From contig NDHX01000001.1 of the NCBI GenBank assembly GCA_013626165.1, forward strand, positions 36,817-100,816: a stretch of 64,000 bases of DNA. The letters are read 5' to 3'. The stretch is from Candidatus Velesiimonas alkalicola (GTDB taxonomy: Bacteria; Omnitrophota; Gorgyraeia; Velesiimonadales; Velesiimonadaceae). Numbering within the stretch: the stretch's first letter is position 1; each line of letters begins with the position of its first letter. A program made the translations under genes and the position numbers. Shown piece by piece: positions 1 through 10,074 of this stretch. The notes beneath the pieces are model-generated. The model saw only the letters and a program-made list of their open reading frames with translations, was not told the origin of the DNA and ran no database searches.

Positions 1-2
1 AA

Positions 3-335
3 CAGGTAGAAGAACAAATGATAGATGCTGTAACTTCTATATCAGGTAGCGGTCCCGCATATTTTTTCTATGTATGTGAGGCAATGATAGAATGTGCAAA
101 GGAATTTGGATTTTCTGATGGCGTTGCAAGAGCAATTGTCATTCAAACCATCAAAGGCTCAAGTATTCTTCTTGAAAAAACAGGTGAAAATCCTGAAGTG
201 TTGAGGCAAAAAGTAGCATCAAAAGGCGGAACTACTGAATCGGCAATAGATATTTTTGAAAAAAATAAACTTAAAAATATAATAAAAAAGGCAGTATCAG
301 CCGCATACAACAGAAGTAAACAATTAGCAAGATAG
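3..335 (+). CDS. proC: Pyrroline-5-carboxylate reductase, C-terminal part (5' end outside window)
   Basis: DAVTSISGSGPAY and LRQKVASKGGTT motifs of the ProC dimerisation domain. Confidence 0.95.
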   Translation, partial: QVEEQMIDAVTSISGSGPAYFFYVCEAMIECAKEFGFSDGVARAIVIQTIKGSSILLEKTGENPEVLRQKVASKGGTTESAIDIFEKNKLKNIIKKAVSAAYNRSKQLAR

Positions 336-345
336 AAGTTGAGAA

Positions 346-3156
346 ATGGAAACCAATTATCGCAATACATTGAACCTACCAAAGACAGATTTTCCGATGA
401 AAGCAGAACTTCCCAAGAAAGAACCTGAAATATTAAAAAGATGGGAGTCTATCGGATTATATTCAAAGATAAGAACAGCCCGGGGCGGTTGTGAAAAATA
501 TGTTTTGCATGACGGTCCTCCATATGCTAATGGTGATGTTCATTTAGGAACAGGTCTAAATAAAGTATTGAAAGATATTGTTGTAAGGTTTAAGACAATG
601 GAGGGCAAGGATTCACCATTTATCCCGGGATGGGACTGTCACGGTATGCCCATAGAATATAATGTTATAAAAAACTCAGAAAGTTCAGAAAAAATAAAGG
701 ATAAGGTTCTTTTAAGAAAACTTTGCAGGGAGTATGCGGCAAAATATGTAGATATACAGAGAGAACAATTTAAGAGGCTCGGTGTATCAGCAGACTGGGA
801 AAATCCATATCTTACGATGAGTTCTGATTATGAGGCAACAATCCTTGAGGCATTCGGAAGGCTTGTCCAAGAAGGATATATATATAACGGGTTAAAGCCC
901 GTATTCTGGTGCGGGCATTGTCAGACTGCACTTGCTAATGCAGAGGTTGAGTATGAGGATATAGAATCGCCCTCTGTTTGTATGAAATTTCCTGTTCTCA
1001 GTGATATTGAGGGCGAAAAGAAGGCAGAGACTTTTATTCTTGTATGGACAACGATGCCCTGGACACTTCTTGGGAATGTTGCGGTTGCCGTGCATCCTGA
1101 TTTTGAATATGTCTTGGTTGAAAAAGACATAGAGGTTTGGATTCTTGCAGAGGCTCTGCTTGAAGATGTACTGACAAAAAGTGGGTCTCAAAAAGGAAAT
1201 GTTGTAAAAAAAATTAAAGGCAAAAAACTTGAAGGCTTAATATGCAAGCCTCCTTTTCTTGAAAGAGAATCAAAGATTGTTTGTGCAGATTTTGTCACAT
1301 TGAAACAGGGAACAGGTTGTGTTCACATCGCACCCGGACATGGTTTTGAAGATTTTTCTGTCGCATCAAAATATGGCCTGCCTGTTTTTACTCCTGTTGA
1401 TGAAAGGGGAAGGTTCACCATAGATACGGGGGAATTTTTATCCCTGTATGTATTTGATGCAGATGAAAAGATAATATTAAAAATAAAAGAGCAAGAAAAT
1501 CTTGTTTATTCCCAAAAAATAGTTCACTCATATCCTCATTGCTGGAGATGTAAAAAACCAGTTATATTCCGTGCAACACAGCAGTGGTTTCTAAGTCTTG
1601 AGGTGAATAGTTTAAAAAGCAGAATGCAGAAACAGATCCCCGGTATCAGATGGATACCCCAATGGGCAGAAGATAAGTTTAAAGATACAATAGGTTCAAG
1701 TCCGGACTGGTGCATATCAAGGCAGAGGGCATGGGGCGTGCCCATCCCTGCACTTTCTTGTTCTTCTTGCAGGTTTGTGCTTCTTTCGGGGGAGGTGGTG
1801 AAGAATCTTTCAGAACTTGTAAGACAGGAGAAACTTGAGGTATGGTTTAAAGAAGGAATTGAAGAAAAGGTCGCAAAGGGAATAAAATGCCCTCGGTGTG
1901 GTTGTGATAAATTTCAAAAACAGACTGATATACTTGATGTGTGGGTTGATTCTGGGATGAGCAGTGTTGCGGTTCTTGATAAAAATCCGGCGCTTCCAAA
2001 TCCTTCTGATTTGTATCTTGAAGCAGTGGACCAGCATAGAGGGTGGTTCCAGATATCTCTTATCATAAGTATGGCACTAAAAGACAGGGCACCATATAAA
2101 TCTGTTCTTACACATGGGCTTATACTTGATGAGGCCGGCAGAAAAATGTCAAAACTATTGGGGAATGTTATAGCCCCGCAGGAGATAGTTGCAAAATACG
2201 GTTCTGATGTTTTAAGACTTTGGTTTGTATCTGTTGATTATACATCGGATATGAGAATGTCACAGAAAAACCTTCTGACACAGGTTGATACATATAGAAA
2301 AATAAGGAATACCTGCAGGTTTCTTCTGGGAAATATTTATGATTTTGACCCGGAAAAAGATTTTATTCAGAAAGAACAGATGGTTTTAATGGACAGATGG
2401 ATACTTGCCTGTTTGAATAAAATTCTAAAGTCTGTTCTATCTTCTTATGGGGAATTTTCGTTTTATAAGGTTATATACCTGTTGCACAATTTTTGCACAA
2501 TAGAGTTGAGTTCTTTCTATCTTGATGTTTTAAAAGACAGAATGTATGCATCAGAAAAGAATAGCATTGAAAGAAGGTCGGGGCAGACTGCGATGTATCT
2601 TGTACTTAAAGCATTGACAAAAGCGGTTGCACCGATAATTCCGTTTACAGCCGATGAGGTGTGGATGTACATCTCTGGGAGGAAAGAAGAAAGTGTTCAC
2701 CTGTGCAGGTTTGATGAACTAAAAGAATACGAGGATGAAAAGATTATCAAGTACTGGGAAGGCATCTTAAAACTTAAAAAGGAGGTATTAAAACATATTG
2801 AAATTGCAAGAACAGATGGTATCGTACACGAATCATTAGAATTAGAGATTTTATTTTCCTGCGATGATAAAAACCCTTTAAAGATTTTGATTGAAGAGTG
2901 GCTGCCGTTGTTACCTACTGTTTTTATCACATCATCCGTAAGGTTAGTCCAAGAAGAAGGACATCAGAAGATACCTGTCTGTGGAATATCCGGTTTAGAT
3001 GGAAAGCAGATAGACGGAAGCGTAGGAATATCTATAAAAAAGGCTGAAGGCAAAAAGTGTCAAAGATGCTGGATGTTTGATATAAGTGTCAGTAAAAATG
3101 AAAAACACCCATCTCTTTGTAAAAGATGCGCAAGAGTGGTATCTTGCACATTTTAG
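346..3156 (+). CDS. ileS: Isoleucine--tRNA ligase (type 1)
   Basis: TLNLPKTDFPM N-terminus, HDGPPYANG, WCISRQR, DQHRGWF, KMSK, C-terminal KCxRCW Zn finger. Confidence 0.97.
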   Translation: METNYRNTLNLPKTDFPMKAELPKKEPEILKRWESIGLYSKIRTARGGCEKYVLHDGPPYANGDVHLGTGLNKVLKDIVVRFKTMEGKDSPFIPGWDCHGMPIEYNVIKNSESSEKIKDKVLLRKLCREYAAKYVDIQREQFKRLGVSADWENPYLTMSSDYEATILEAFGRLVQEGYIYNGLKPVFWCGHCQTALANAEVEYEDIESPSVCMKFPVLSDIEGEKKAETFILVWTTMPWTLLGNVAVAVHPDFEYVLVEKDIEVWILAEALLEDVLTKSGSQKGNVVKKIKGKKLEGLICKPPFLERESKIVCADFVTLKQGTGCVHIAPGHGFEDFSVASKYGLPVFTPVDERGRFTIDTGEFLSLYVFDADEKIILKIKEQENLVYSQKIVHSYPHCWRCKKPVIFRATQQWFLSLEVNSLKSRMQKQIPGIRWIPQWAEDKFKDTIGSSPDWCISRQRAWGVPIPALSCSSCRFVLLSGEVVKNLSELVRQEKLEVWFKEGIEEKVAKGIKCPRCGCDKFQKQTDILDVWVDSGMSSVAVLDKNPALPNPSDLYLEAVDQHRGWFQISLIISMALKDRAPYKSVLTHGLILDEAGRKMSKLLGNVIAPQEIVAKYGSDVLRLWFVSVDYTSDMRMSQKNLLTQVDTYRKIRNTCRFLLGNIYDFDPEKDFIQKEQMVLMDRWILACLNKILKSVLSSYGEFSFYKVIYLLHNFCTIELSSFYLDVLKDRMYASEKNSIERRSGQTAMYLVLKALTKAVAPIIPFTADEVWMYISGRKEESVHLCRFDELKEYEDEKIIKYWEGILKLKKEVLKHIEIARTDGIVHESLELEILFSCDDKNPLKILIEEWLPLLPTVFITSSVRLVQEEGHQKIPVCGISGLDGKQIDGSVGISIKKAEGKKCQRCWMFDISVSKNEKHPSLCKRCARVVSCTF

Positions 3157-3169
3157 GAGGAATAAAACA

Positions 3170-3550
3170 ATGACAAAAAAGCAGATGGAAAAGTATAAGA
3201 AAATACTTCTTAAGATTAAAGAGCAACACACAGCAAAAATGAATGACTTTGAAAATACAACAAGACAAGAAACTCCACGGGAGTCATCTGGTGAAGTATC
3301 AGGGTATCCTACGCATATGGCAGATATGGCATCAGATACATATGATAGGGACTTTGCACTAAACAGAGTAAGTATGGACCAGGATATTCTTTATGCCATC
3401 AATGAGGCGCTTAACAGTATAGAAAATGGCACATATGGTACCTGTGAAAGTTGCAGTAGTAAAATTTCACAAGAAAGACTTCTTGCAGTTCCGTTCACAT
3501 CTCTGTGTATTAAATGTCAGGGTAAAAAAGAAAAAAGACAAAAAGTTTAA
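3170..3550 (+). CDS. TraR/DksA family C4 zinc-finger transcription factor
   Basis: HMADMASD coiled-coil tip, GTYGTCESC...ERLLAVP...LCIKC; start moved to ATG 3170 after AGGAGG. Confidence 0.9.
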   Translation: MTKKQMEKYKKILLKIKEQHTAKMNDFENTTRQETPRESSGEVSGYPTHMADMASDTYDRDFALNRVSMDQDILYAINEALNSIENGTYGTCESCSSKISQERLLAVPFTSLCIKCQGKKEKRQKV

Positions 3551-3553
3551 AAT

Positions 3554-4024
3554 ATGAATAAAATTTATAACAAACAAAACAATGCCCTTCTTATAAGCAT
3601 GGGTGTCTCATTTTTTGTAGACAGGATAACAAAATATATAGTTTTAAAAACTCTTGGGGAAAAAGTTTTTTATTTTGGTTTTATAGAGTTGATGATTGTA
3701 AAAAATACCGGGGCCGCATTTGGAATTCTTGAAGAAAATACCATTGCTCTTGGTGTTCTTGGAATACTTGTATTGGTTTTTTTCTTTTACCTTGTTTGTG
3801 TGGGAAGTTTTAAAAATCTTTTCTCAAAAATTTCCACAGGCGTACTGTTGGGTGGCATTATGGGAAATACCTGGGACAGAATATTTTTTAGGTTTGTTAT
3901 AGATTTTATGCACTTTCCATTTTTTCCTTTGTCCGTGTTTCAGGTATTTAATATTGCCGATATCTGTATTACCTTCGGCGCCGTGGGTCTTGTAATAGAT
4001 AGTTTAAGAGGAAAAAAGTTATGA
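3554..4024 (+). CDS. lspA: Lipoprotein signal peptidase II
   Basis: NTGAAFG, GNxxDR, VIDF, FNIAD motifs. Confidence 0.95.
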   Translation: MNKIYNKQNNALLISMGVSFFVDRITKYIVLKTLGEKVFYFGFIELMIVKNTGAAFGILEENTIALGVLGILVLVFFFYLVCVGSFKNLFSKISTGVLLGGIMGNTWDRIFFRFVIDFMHFPFFPLSVFQVFNIADICITFGAVGLVIDSLRGKKL

Positions 4025-4752
4025 GACAGATACTTTTTCATATAGGACCTTTTGCAGTATATAGTTATGGTCTTTTTTTGGCTATAGGTATCTTCCTCGC
4101 TATGGCTGTCATAAAAAAATTCTCAAGAGTAAGTCCCTCAATAGTAAATTCCCTTTCAATATGGACTGTAATAGGAGGAATAATTGGAGCAAGACTTTTT
4201 TATGTGTTTCTTAATATTGCATATTATATTCAAAGTCCGCTTGAAGTTTTTGCAATACATAAAGGAGGGCTTGTCCTTTACGGAGGTATTGCGGGTGGCC
4301 TTATCTTGGGTTTTATATTTTGTAAAATAAGAAAATTAAACTTCTGGCAAATTTTAGATGATGTTGCAATGGGTCTTCCTCTTGGCATGGCATCTGGAAG
4401 ACTCGGCTGTTTTTTAAATGGGTGTTGTTATGGGAAAGAAACACAGGTTCTCTGGGCGGTAAAATATCCGGACATCCTGTATAAAGTACACCCTGTTCAG
4501 ATTTATGAGGCGTTGCTTCTTGTCTTTCTTTTCTTTGTTATTTATGGATTTAGAAAAGCATTTAAGGCAAAAATCAGAGGAGATGTATTTCTTTTATGTA
4601 TTATTTTTTATGCAATCATAAGATTTTTTATGGAATTTTTAAGAGGCGACCACCCTGAAGGAGTTTCAGGTCTGTTCCAGATTATAAGTATTTTTATCAT
4701 AGTATCATTTACAGGTATAATGCTCTACAGGCATGGAACACAACGAGGATAA
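4021..4752 (+). CDS. lgt: Prolipoprotein diacylglyceryl transferase
   Basis: GARLFYV, GRLGCFLNGCCYG, HPVQIYE, RFFMEFLR. Confidence 0.95.
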   Translation: MRQILFHIGPFAVYSYGLFLAIGIFLAMAVIKKFSRVSPSIVNSLSIWTVIGGIIGARLFYVFLNIAYYIQSPLEVFAIHKGGLVLYGGIAGGLILGFIFCKIRKLNFWQILDDVAMGLPLGMASGRLGCFLNGCCYGKETQVLWAVKYPDILYKVHPVQIYEALLLVFLFFVIYGFRKAFKAKIRGDVFLLCIIFYAIIRFFMEFLRGDHPEGVSGLFQIISIFIIVSFTGIMLYRHGTQRG

Positions 4753-5653
4753 AAAACATTTGTTTTTTGTAAAAATTGGTATAAAAGAAGACAGAATCAG
4801 GCTGGATAGATTTATTTGCTTGATGCTTCCTGACGTTTCTCGTTCCTGTGTTCAGAGGTGGATAAAAGACGGTTTAGTGCTTGTTAATGAAAAGAAAGAA
4901 CCCTGCAACTACAGGGTAAAAGAAAACGATAAGGTAGAGGTATCTCCTCAAAAAACAAAAGTAACGGAATTTGTCAAATCCCAGGATATCCCCCTAGACA
5001 TTGTTTATGAAGATGAGCATCTCCTTGTAGTCAACAAACCAGCAGGTATGGTTATACATCCTGCACCCGGGCATTATGAGGGGACACTTGTCCATGCACT
5101 TCTCGGCAGGGTAAAAAAACTCTCAAAACTCGGGGGGGAGTTTAGGCCCGGTATTGTACACAGACTTGATAAAGATACATCAGGACTTATAATTGTTGCA
5201 AAGGATGAAAATGTACATTATAAGATTTCTGAACAATTTAAAAAAAGAGAGGTTTTTAAGTCTTATGTTGCAATTGTAAGCGGAAGGGTTAAACAGCAAC
5301 AGGGAACCATTGCCGCATCACTTGCAAGACATCCAAAAGATAGAAAAAAGTTTTGCATTCAGCATGATAAAGGAAGAGATGCAATAACAAACTACAAGGT
5401 TATAGAAAGAAAAAAGGATGCCACACTTCTTGATGTTTTTCCGATAACTGGAAGGACGCATCAGATAAGGATTCATCTTGCATATGCAAGACATCCAATA
5501 GTCGGCGATCCGGTATATGGAAAAAAACAAGGATTTGACAGACAGGCGCTACATGCCAGGATAATAGGTTTTCATCATCCGGTAACAAATAAATACTTAA
5601 AAATAGAATCACACCTGCCTGATGATATGAAAAAAATGTGGGAGTCTCTATAA
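4733..5653 (+). CDS. rluD: RluA/RluD family 23S rRNA pseudouridine synthase
   Basis: S4 domain (RLDRF), NKPAGMVIHP, HRLDKDTSG, TGRTHQIR. Confidence 0.9.
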   Translation: MEHNEDKKHLFFVKIGIKEDRIRLDRFICLMLPDVSRSCVQRWIKDGLVLVNEKKEPCNYRVKENDKVEVSPQKTKVTEFVKSQDIPLDIVYEDEHLLVVNKPAGMVIHPAPGHYEGTLVHALLGRVKKLSKLGGEFRPGIVHRLDKDTSGLIIVAKDENVHYKISEQFKKREVFKSYVAIVSGRVKQQQGTIAASLARHPKDRKKFCIQHDKGRDAITNYKVIERKKDATLLDVFPITGRTHQIRIHLAYARHPIVGDPVYGKKQGFDRQALHARIIGFHHPVTNKYLKIESHLPDDMKKMWESL

Positions 5654-5740
5654 TAATTAGATGTCAGGGATACTGTGTAGAAAATTTAAAAATTAAGATT
5701 TTTTAATTTTTGATGTTTGACATTTCTTCGTGTTGTGGGT

Positions 5741-5831
5741 GGAGAGGTGCCGGAGCGGCTGAACGGGCACGCCTGGAGAGCGTGTAGCCGATAAAATCGG
5801 CTCCAGGGTTCAAATCCCTGCCTCTCCGCCA
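5741..5831 (+). tRNA. tRNA-Ser (anticodon GGA)
   Basis: GGAGAGG/CCTCTCC acceptor stem, CACGC-CT GGA GA-GCGTG anticodon arm, long variable arm, GGTTCAAATCC, encoded CCA. Confidence 0.96.
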
Positions 5832-5867
5832 GTTTTTGGCAATGCCAAAAATTGGCGGTGTTTTTTT
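5826..5867 (+). terminator. Intrinsic terminator overlapping the tRNA-Ser 3' end
   Basis: CCGCCAGTTTTTGGC-AAT-GCCAAAAATTGGCGG followed by TG-T7. Confidence 0.75.
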
Positions 5868-5904
5868 GAATAAAATCCAACAAAATGAAAGGATAGGCGA
5901 AGAT

Positions 5905-7521
5905 ATGAAAGCATTAATTATGTTAGGCGGGGAATTTCATCCCTTTGATTCCTGCGGGAAAATCTTAGAAGATTTTCTAAAAAAAACAAAGATATGTGAG
6001 CCTGTTTTGACAGATGATAGAAATAGGTTTAAGGATTTAAAAGATTATGATCTAGTTATCGTCTATACCCAGGGTGGAGAACTCACCTCAGCGCAAGAAG
6101 AGAGTCTCTGCGGTTTTGTCAGGAAGGGAGGCGGACTTATTGGCATCCACTGCGCTTCGGACTCCTGGGTAAAAAATAAAGCATATCTGGAGATGCTCGG
6201 CAGTCATTTTATTGGGCATGGCCCAGTAACTGAATTTTTAGTAAGAATCTCTCATTCCGAGCATGATATCACCCGTAGAATTTCCAATTTTAAAGTCATC
6301 GATGAGTTCTATATCCTGGAGGAAAAAACATCAGACTTTGAGGTGTTAGCGGAAGGTATCTGGCAGTTTAAAACTCATCCTTTAGCCTATATTCGCAACT
6401 ATGGAAAAGGGAAAGTTTTCTATACTGCTTTGGGTCATGATGAAAGAGCTTTTAAAAATCCCTTTTTTCAGAAGTTCATCTTTCGCGCTGGTCGCTGGAC
6501 AACCAATCAAAAGGAAAGAAGAAAGGTGCGTTGTGGAGTTGTTGGTTACGGGGGCGCCTGTGATATGGGCAAGTACCATGCCGATTCAATCTCTAAAACT
6601 CCTGGGCTCAGTCTTACCGCTATCTGTGAAATAGATAAGAAAAGGTTGGAGATTGCCAGTAAAAATCACCCCGAGGTTAAAACATATGCCGAAATAAAAA
6701 AGATGCTTTCGGCTGAGATTATTGATTTGGGGGTAGTGGTAACGCCGCATAATACGCATAGTAAGATAGCTTTATCTCTGATCGATGCCGGAAAAAATGT
6801 AATCTGCGAGAAGCCATTTGCTATTACTGTAAAAGAATGCACTACTATGATTGAAGCAGCAAAAGAGAAAGGGATAATGCTTTCCGTCTTTCATAACCGA
6901 CGCTGGGATGGAGATTTCTTATCCATTAAAAGGGTTATTGATGATGGTCTTATTGGCGAAATCTTCCATATAGAGGCCTATATTGGAAATTATGCTCATC
7001 CTGGATACTGGTGGCGATCGGAAAAGCCTATCTCTGGAGGGATAATCTATGACTGGGGAGCGCATTTTGTTGACTGGATTCTCAATTTAATGCCCGGAAA
7101 GATGGAGACTGTCTATGGTATCTTCCATAAAAGGCTCTGGTATGATGTTACCAGTGAGGATCAGGGGGGAGCGATTATCCGTTTTGAAGCAGGTCGTTAT
7201 GCTGAATTCCAGATATCTACTATTGCCGCTATTGGCAAGCCAAAGTGGCGCATCTTAGGGACAAAAGGAGCCTTAACTATTAATCAAAACGAGGACGAGG
7301 TTAATGTGGTTACATTTGTCAATGGTTACCGGGAAGAATTAAAGACTTCTTTTATGGAAAGTTGCTATGACAATTACTATATTAACATTGCCGACCATCT
7401 TTTAACAGGGGAAGCGTTGAGCGTAACGGCTGAATCTGCCCGCAGAGTAATTGCTGTATTAGAATTGGCTGAGAAGTCAGCAAGGACTGGCAAGATTCAG
7501 CCTGTTCCATATGAAAATTGA
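5905..7521 (+). CDS. ThuA-like domain fused to Gfo/Idh/MocA family oxidoreductase
   Basis: GGGLIGIHCASD, DEFY, YGKGKVFYTALGHD (ThuA); GVVGYG, CEKP, HNRRWD, GGIIYDWGAH (Gfo/Idh/MocA). Confidence 0.88.
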   Translation: MKALIMLGGEFHPFDSCGKILEDFLKKTKICEPVLTDDRNRFKDLKDYDLVIVYTQGGELTSAQEESLCGFVRKGGGLIGIHCASDSWVKNKAYLEMLGSHFIGHGPVTEFLVRISHSEHDITRRISNFKVIDEFYILEEKTSDFEVLAEGIWQFKTHPLAYIRNYGKGKVFYTALGHDERAFKNPFFQKFIFRAGRWTTNQKERRKVRCGVVGYGGACDMGKYHADSISKTPGLSLTAICEIDKKRLEIASKNHPEVKTYAEIKKMLSAEIIDLGVVVTPHNTHSKIALSLIDAGKNVICEKPFAITVKECTTMIEAAKEKGIMLSVFHNRRWDGDFLSIKRVIDDGLIGEIFHIEAYIGNYAHPGYWWRSEKPISGGIIYDWGAHFVDWILNLMPGKMETVYGIFHKRLWYDVTSEDQGGAIIRFEAGRYAEFQISTIAAIGKPKWRILGTKGALTINQNEDEVNVVTFVNGYREELKTSFMESCYDNYYINIADHLLTGEALSVTAESARRVIAVLELAEKSARTGKIQPVPYEN

Positions 7522-7596
7522 CCTTTTAGAACTCTGTATAAAGACATCCTATAAAGAGTAAAGATGAATTTTAGTAAATATGTCAAGGAAAATTGT

Positions 7597-7625
7597 TTGA
7601 CGGTTTAAAAAAGAAGAGTTAAAAT
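7597..7625 (+). promoter_or_regulatory. sigma70-like promoter TTGACG-N17-TAAAAT
   Basis: Near-consensus hexamers with 17-nt spacer; no downstream + strand gene. Confidence 0.4.
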
Positions 7626-7749
7626 AAAATGGTCTTTTGAAAAAGTAATATGGGGTTTACTGAGTTTACACCATCTTTTTATCTATATTATGAACGGAAA
7701 GAGGACATCTGTTCATACAATTTTCTATCTTTATGTGAATAATGCGTGG

Positions 7750-8598
7750 TTATACAGGTTCTGAGGCAGAGGTAACTAATTTTTTGTACCCATCTTTTAT
7801 ACCTCTTATGTATTTGGTCTCCGCTTTACAGCCGATTGTTTGATTGTCTAATGATAAAACCTGTGTAATTTCTCTTACAGAGTTTGTTATAAATGCAGAA
7901 GATGAATTTAGCAGAGCCTTTTTCTTAAACCTTCCAGTTTTTATCTTTAACCCCATATTTTTTCCGATATTGATTACAATCAGTCTTGTTATGCCGCTTA
8001 ATATGCCACATTCTTCTGAGGGGGTAAAAAGGGTTTTGTTTTTTATCCAGAATATATTTGCAAAACTTGTTTCTGATACATACCCTTCTGTATCAAGTAG
8101 AAGCCCTTCGTCTTTTTTGTTTTCAATCGCCTCTATTTTTGAAAGTATAGAAGGAAGGTAATTTAATGATTTTATACCGCTTAGCGGGTCTGATGGATTT
8201 CTTTTAAATGAAGATGTAAAAAGGGAAACAGGACCTGTAGGACCAAGTCCAGAGCAGGATAAAACAGTTCTTCCTTCAAAAGGACCTTTTGAATGAGGTG
8301 AAGGATACTTATTTCCGGCGGTAATTGTTATTCTAATTCTCATACTGCTGATGTTATAATACTGAATAAGTTTTTTTATTCCATATTTTATTTTTCTAAT
8401 AGACGGAATCTTTATTTTTAAAAAAGAGCATCCTTGTTTTAAACGTTTGATATGTCTATCTAACATAAAAGGGTAATTGTTATATACACGGATTGTTGTA
8501 AATACGCCCTGCCCATACAAAAGTCCTCTGTCAGATACAGGAATATGCGCTTCTTCAACTATTCTGTTGTTAATCCAGTAAATTGTTTTATTTTTCAT
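7750..8598 (-). CDS. pabC: Class IV aminotransferase, probable aminodeoxychorismate lyase
   Basis: DRGLLYGQGVF, IKSLNY PLP lysine, ETSFANIF, LSGITR; overlaps the end of pabB. Confidence 0.8.
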   Translation of the reverse strand: MKNKTIYWINNRIVEEAHIPVSDRGLLYGQGVFTTIRVYNNYPFMLDRHIKRLKQGCSFLKIKIPSIRKIKYGIKKLIQYYNISSMRIRITITAGNKYPSPHSKGPFEGRTVLSCSGLGPTGPVSLFTSSFKRNPSDPLSGIKSLNYLPSILSKIEAIENKKDEGLLLDTEGYVSETSFANIFWIKNKTLFTPSEECGILSGITRLIVINIGKNMGLKIKTGRFKKKALLNSSSAFITNSVREITQVLSLDNQTIGCKAETKYIRGIKDGYKKLVTSASEPV

Positions 8599-9953
8599 AT
8601 TGCCTTTATCATCGCCTCTGCTTTATAAAATGTCTCTTTATATTCCAAATATGGTTTTGAGTCTGCAACAATTCCCCCACCTACAGAAAAGTATATTTTG
8701 TTATTCTTTGTAATCATTGTTCTTATTGCAATGGAAAGTTCCATATCCCCTGAAAAACCCAAATAGCCTATGGAACCGGTATATATACCCCTTTTAAAAG
8801 GTTCCATCTCTTCAATAATCTGCATGGATCTTATCTTTGGTGCACCTGTTATAGAGCCTCCGGGAAATGTTGCTTTTAATATATCTATCCTGTCACAGTT
8901 TTTTTTCACCTTTCCCTGGACTGTGGATACAAGATGCCATACCTTTGCATACTTTTCAACTTCCATATTTTTTTTAACCCTTACACTTTTGTTTTCACAA
9001 ACCCTTCCAAGGTCGTTTCTTTCAAGATCAACTATCATTATATGCTCCGCCCTGTCTTTGGCGCTCCGGGTAAGTTTTTTTGCAAGCATTTTGTCTTGTT
9101 TTTCGTTTTTCCCCCTTGGCAGGGTCCCTTTTATAGGTCTTGTTTGCAGAATCCTTGTTTCAGGATTATATATAAGAAAACACTCTGGGGACGAACTTAA
9201 CACTTGAAAATCAAGGTGTTCAATATATGCGCTGTAAGGGGCTGAGTTTACATTTCTCAATATACTATAAATCTCAAATGGTTCTTTATCCGTTTTGCAA
9301 TGCAGCCTTTGCGAGAGATTCACCTGATACACATCTCCTGCATATATGTATTCTTTTAATTTTTCTATACTTTTTATATAGTCCGTTTTTGTAAAACAGG
9401 ATATTAAATTTTTTGTTTTTTTACCAGTTGCCATTGTTTTTTTAAAAAATGGTTTTTCTTGTTTTATAACTACATCTATTATTCGTTTAAATTGTTCTTC
9501 ACTGTGTTGTGAAAATCCGGCATTTACAATCCAGAACTTTTTTTTAAGATTATCCCATCCAAGAACAATATCATAAAAACCAAGATAGATGTCAGGTATT
9601 TCCATATCATCTTTTGAAATATCGGGCAGGTTTTCAATCTGATGGCACAGATCATAAGACAAGAAACCTGCTGCTCCTCCATAAAATGGGATACCCTTAT
9701 ACTTTGCCTTATATTTTTTTAATAAATTTCTTAAAGTTTCAAGTGGCTCTCCATCAAATACTTTAAAATGTTTTTTTTCTCTTATTTCTACCCTTGTTTT
9801 TTTGCAGGTAAATTTCAAGAACGGCTCAACTGCAATAAATGAAAGTCTGCCGTATGAACAAGAAAGGCTGCTATCAAGCCATAAAAATCCATCCATTGTC
9901 TTTAGTTTTTGTGCAACATATTCAGGTGGAATATACTTGAGGTACTTTATCAT
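8595..9953 (-). CDS. pabB: Aminodeoxychorismate synthase component I
   Basis: GDVYQVNLSQR, RPIKGT, AEHIMIVDLERNDLGR, FPGGSITGAPK; start ATG 9953 preferred. Confidence 0.9.
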   Translation of the reverse strand: MIKYLKYIPPEYVAQKLKTMDGFLWLDSSLSCSYGRLSFIAVEPFLKFTCKKTRVEIREKKHFKVFDGEPLETLRNLLKKYKAKYKGIPFYGGAAGFLSYDLCHQIENLPDISKDDMEIPDIYLGFYDIVLGWDNLKKKFWIVNAGFSQHSEEQFKRIIDVVIKQEKPFFKKTMATGKKTKNLISCFTKTDYIKSIEKLKEYIYAGDVYQVNLSQRLHCKTDKEPFEIYSILRNVNSAPYSAYIEHLDFQVLSSSPECFLIYNPETRILQTRPIKGTLPRGKNEKQDKMLAKKLTRSAKDRAEHIMIVDLERNDLGRVCENKSVRVKKNMEVEKYAKVWHLVSTVQGKVKKNCDRIDILKATFPGGSITGAPKIRSMQIIEEMEPFKRGIYTGSIGYLGFSGDMELSIAIRTMITKNNKIYFSVGGGIVADSKPYLEYKETFYKAEAMIKAI

Positions 9954-10000
9954 TCGGGTATATTTTATTAAATAACATCCTGCAAGGCAATACAAAATAC

Positions 10001-10029
10001 TTGTCAAAATTAAAAGTTTAAGGTAAGAT
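10001..10029 (+). promoter_or_regulatory. Probable promoter of EF-G-like operon, TTGTCA-N17-TAAGAT
   Basis: Hexamers at 17-nt spacing about 45 nt before the ATG. Confidence 0.45.
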
Positions 10030-10074
10030 AATAATACGGGTTTTGGTTTTTACACCTCATAGAAGGAATAAGAT

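Noticed and set aside
5686-5904. ORF 5686-5883(-) and the N-terminal extension of 5836-7521
   Set aside because: They overlap tRNA-Ser and its terminator; ATG 5905 fits the ThuA domain start
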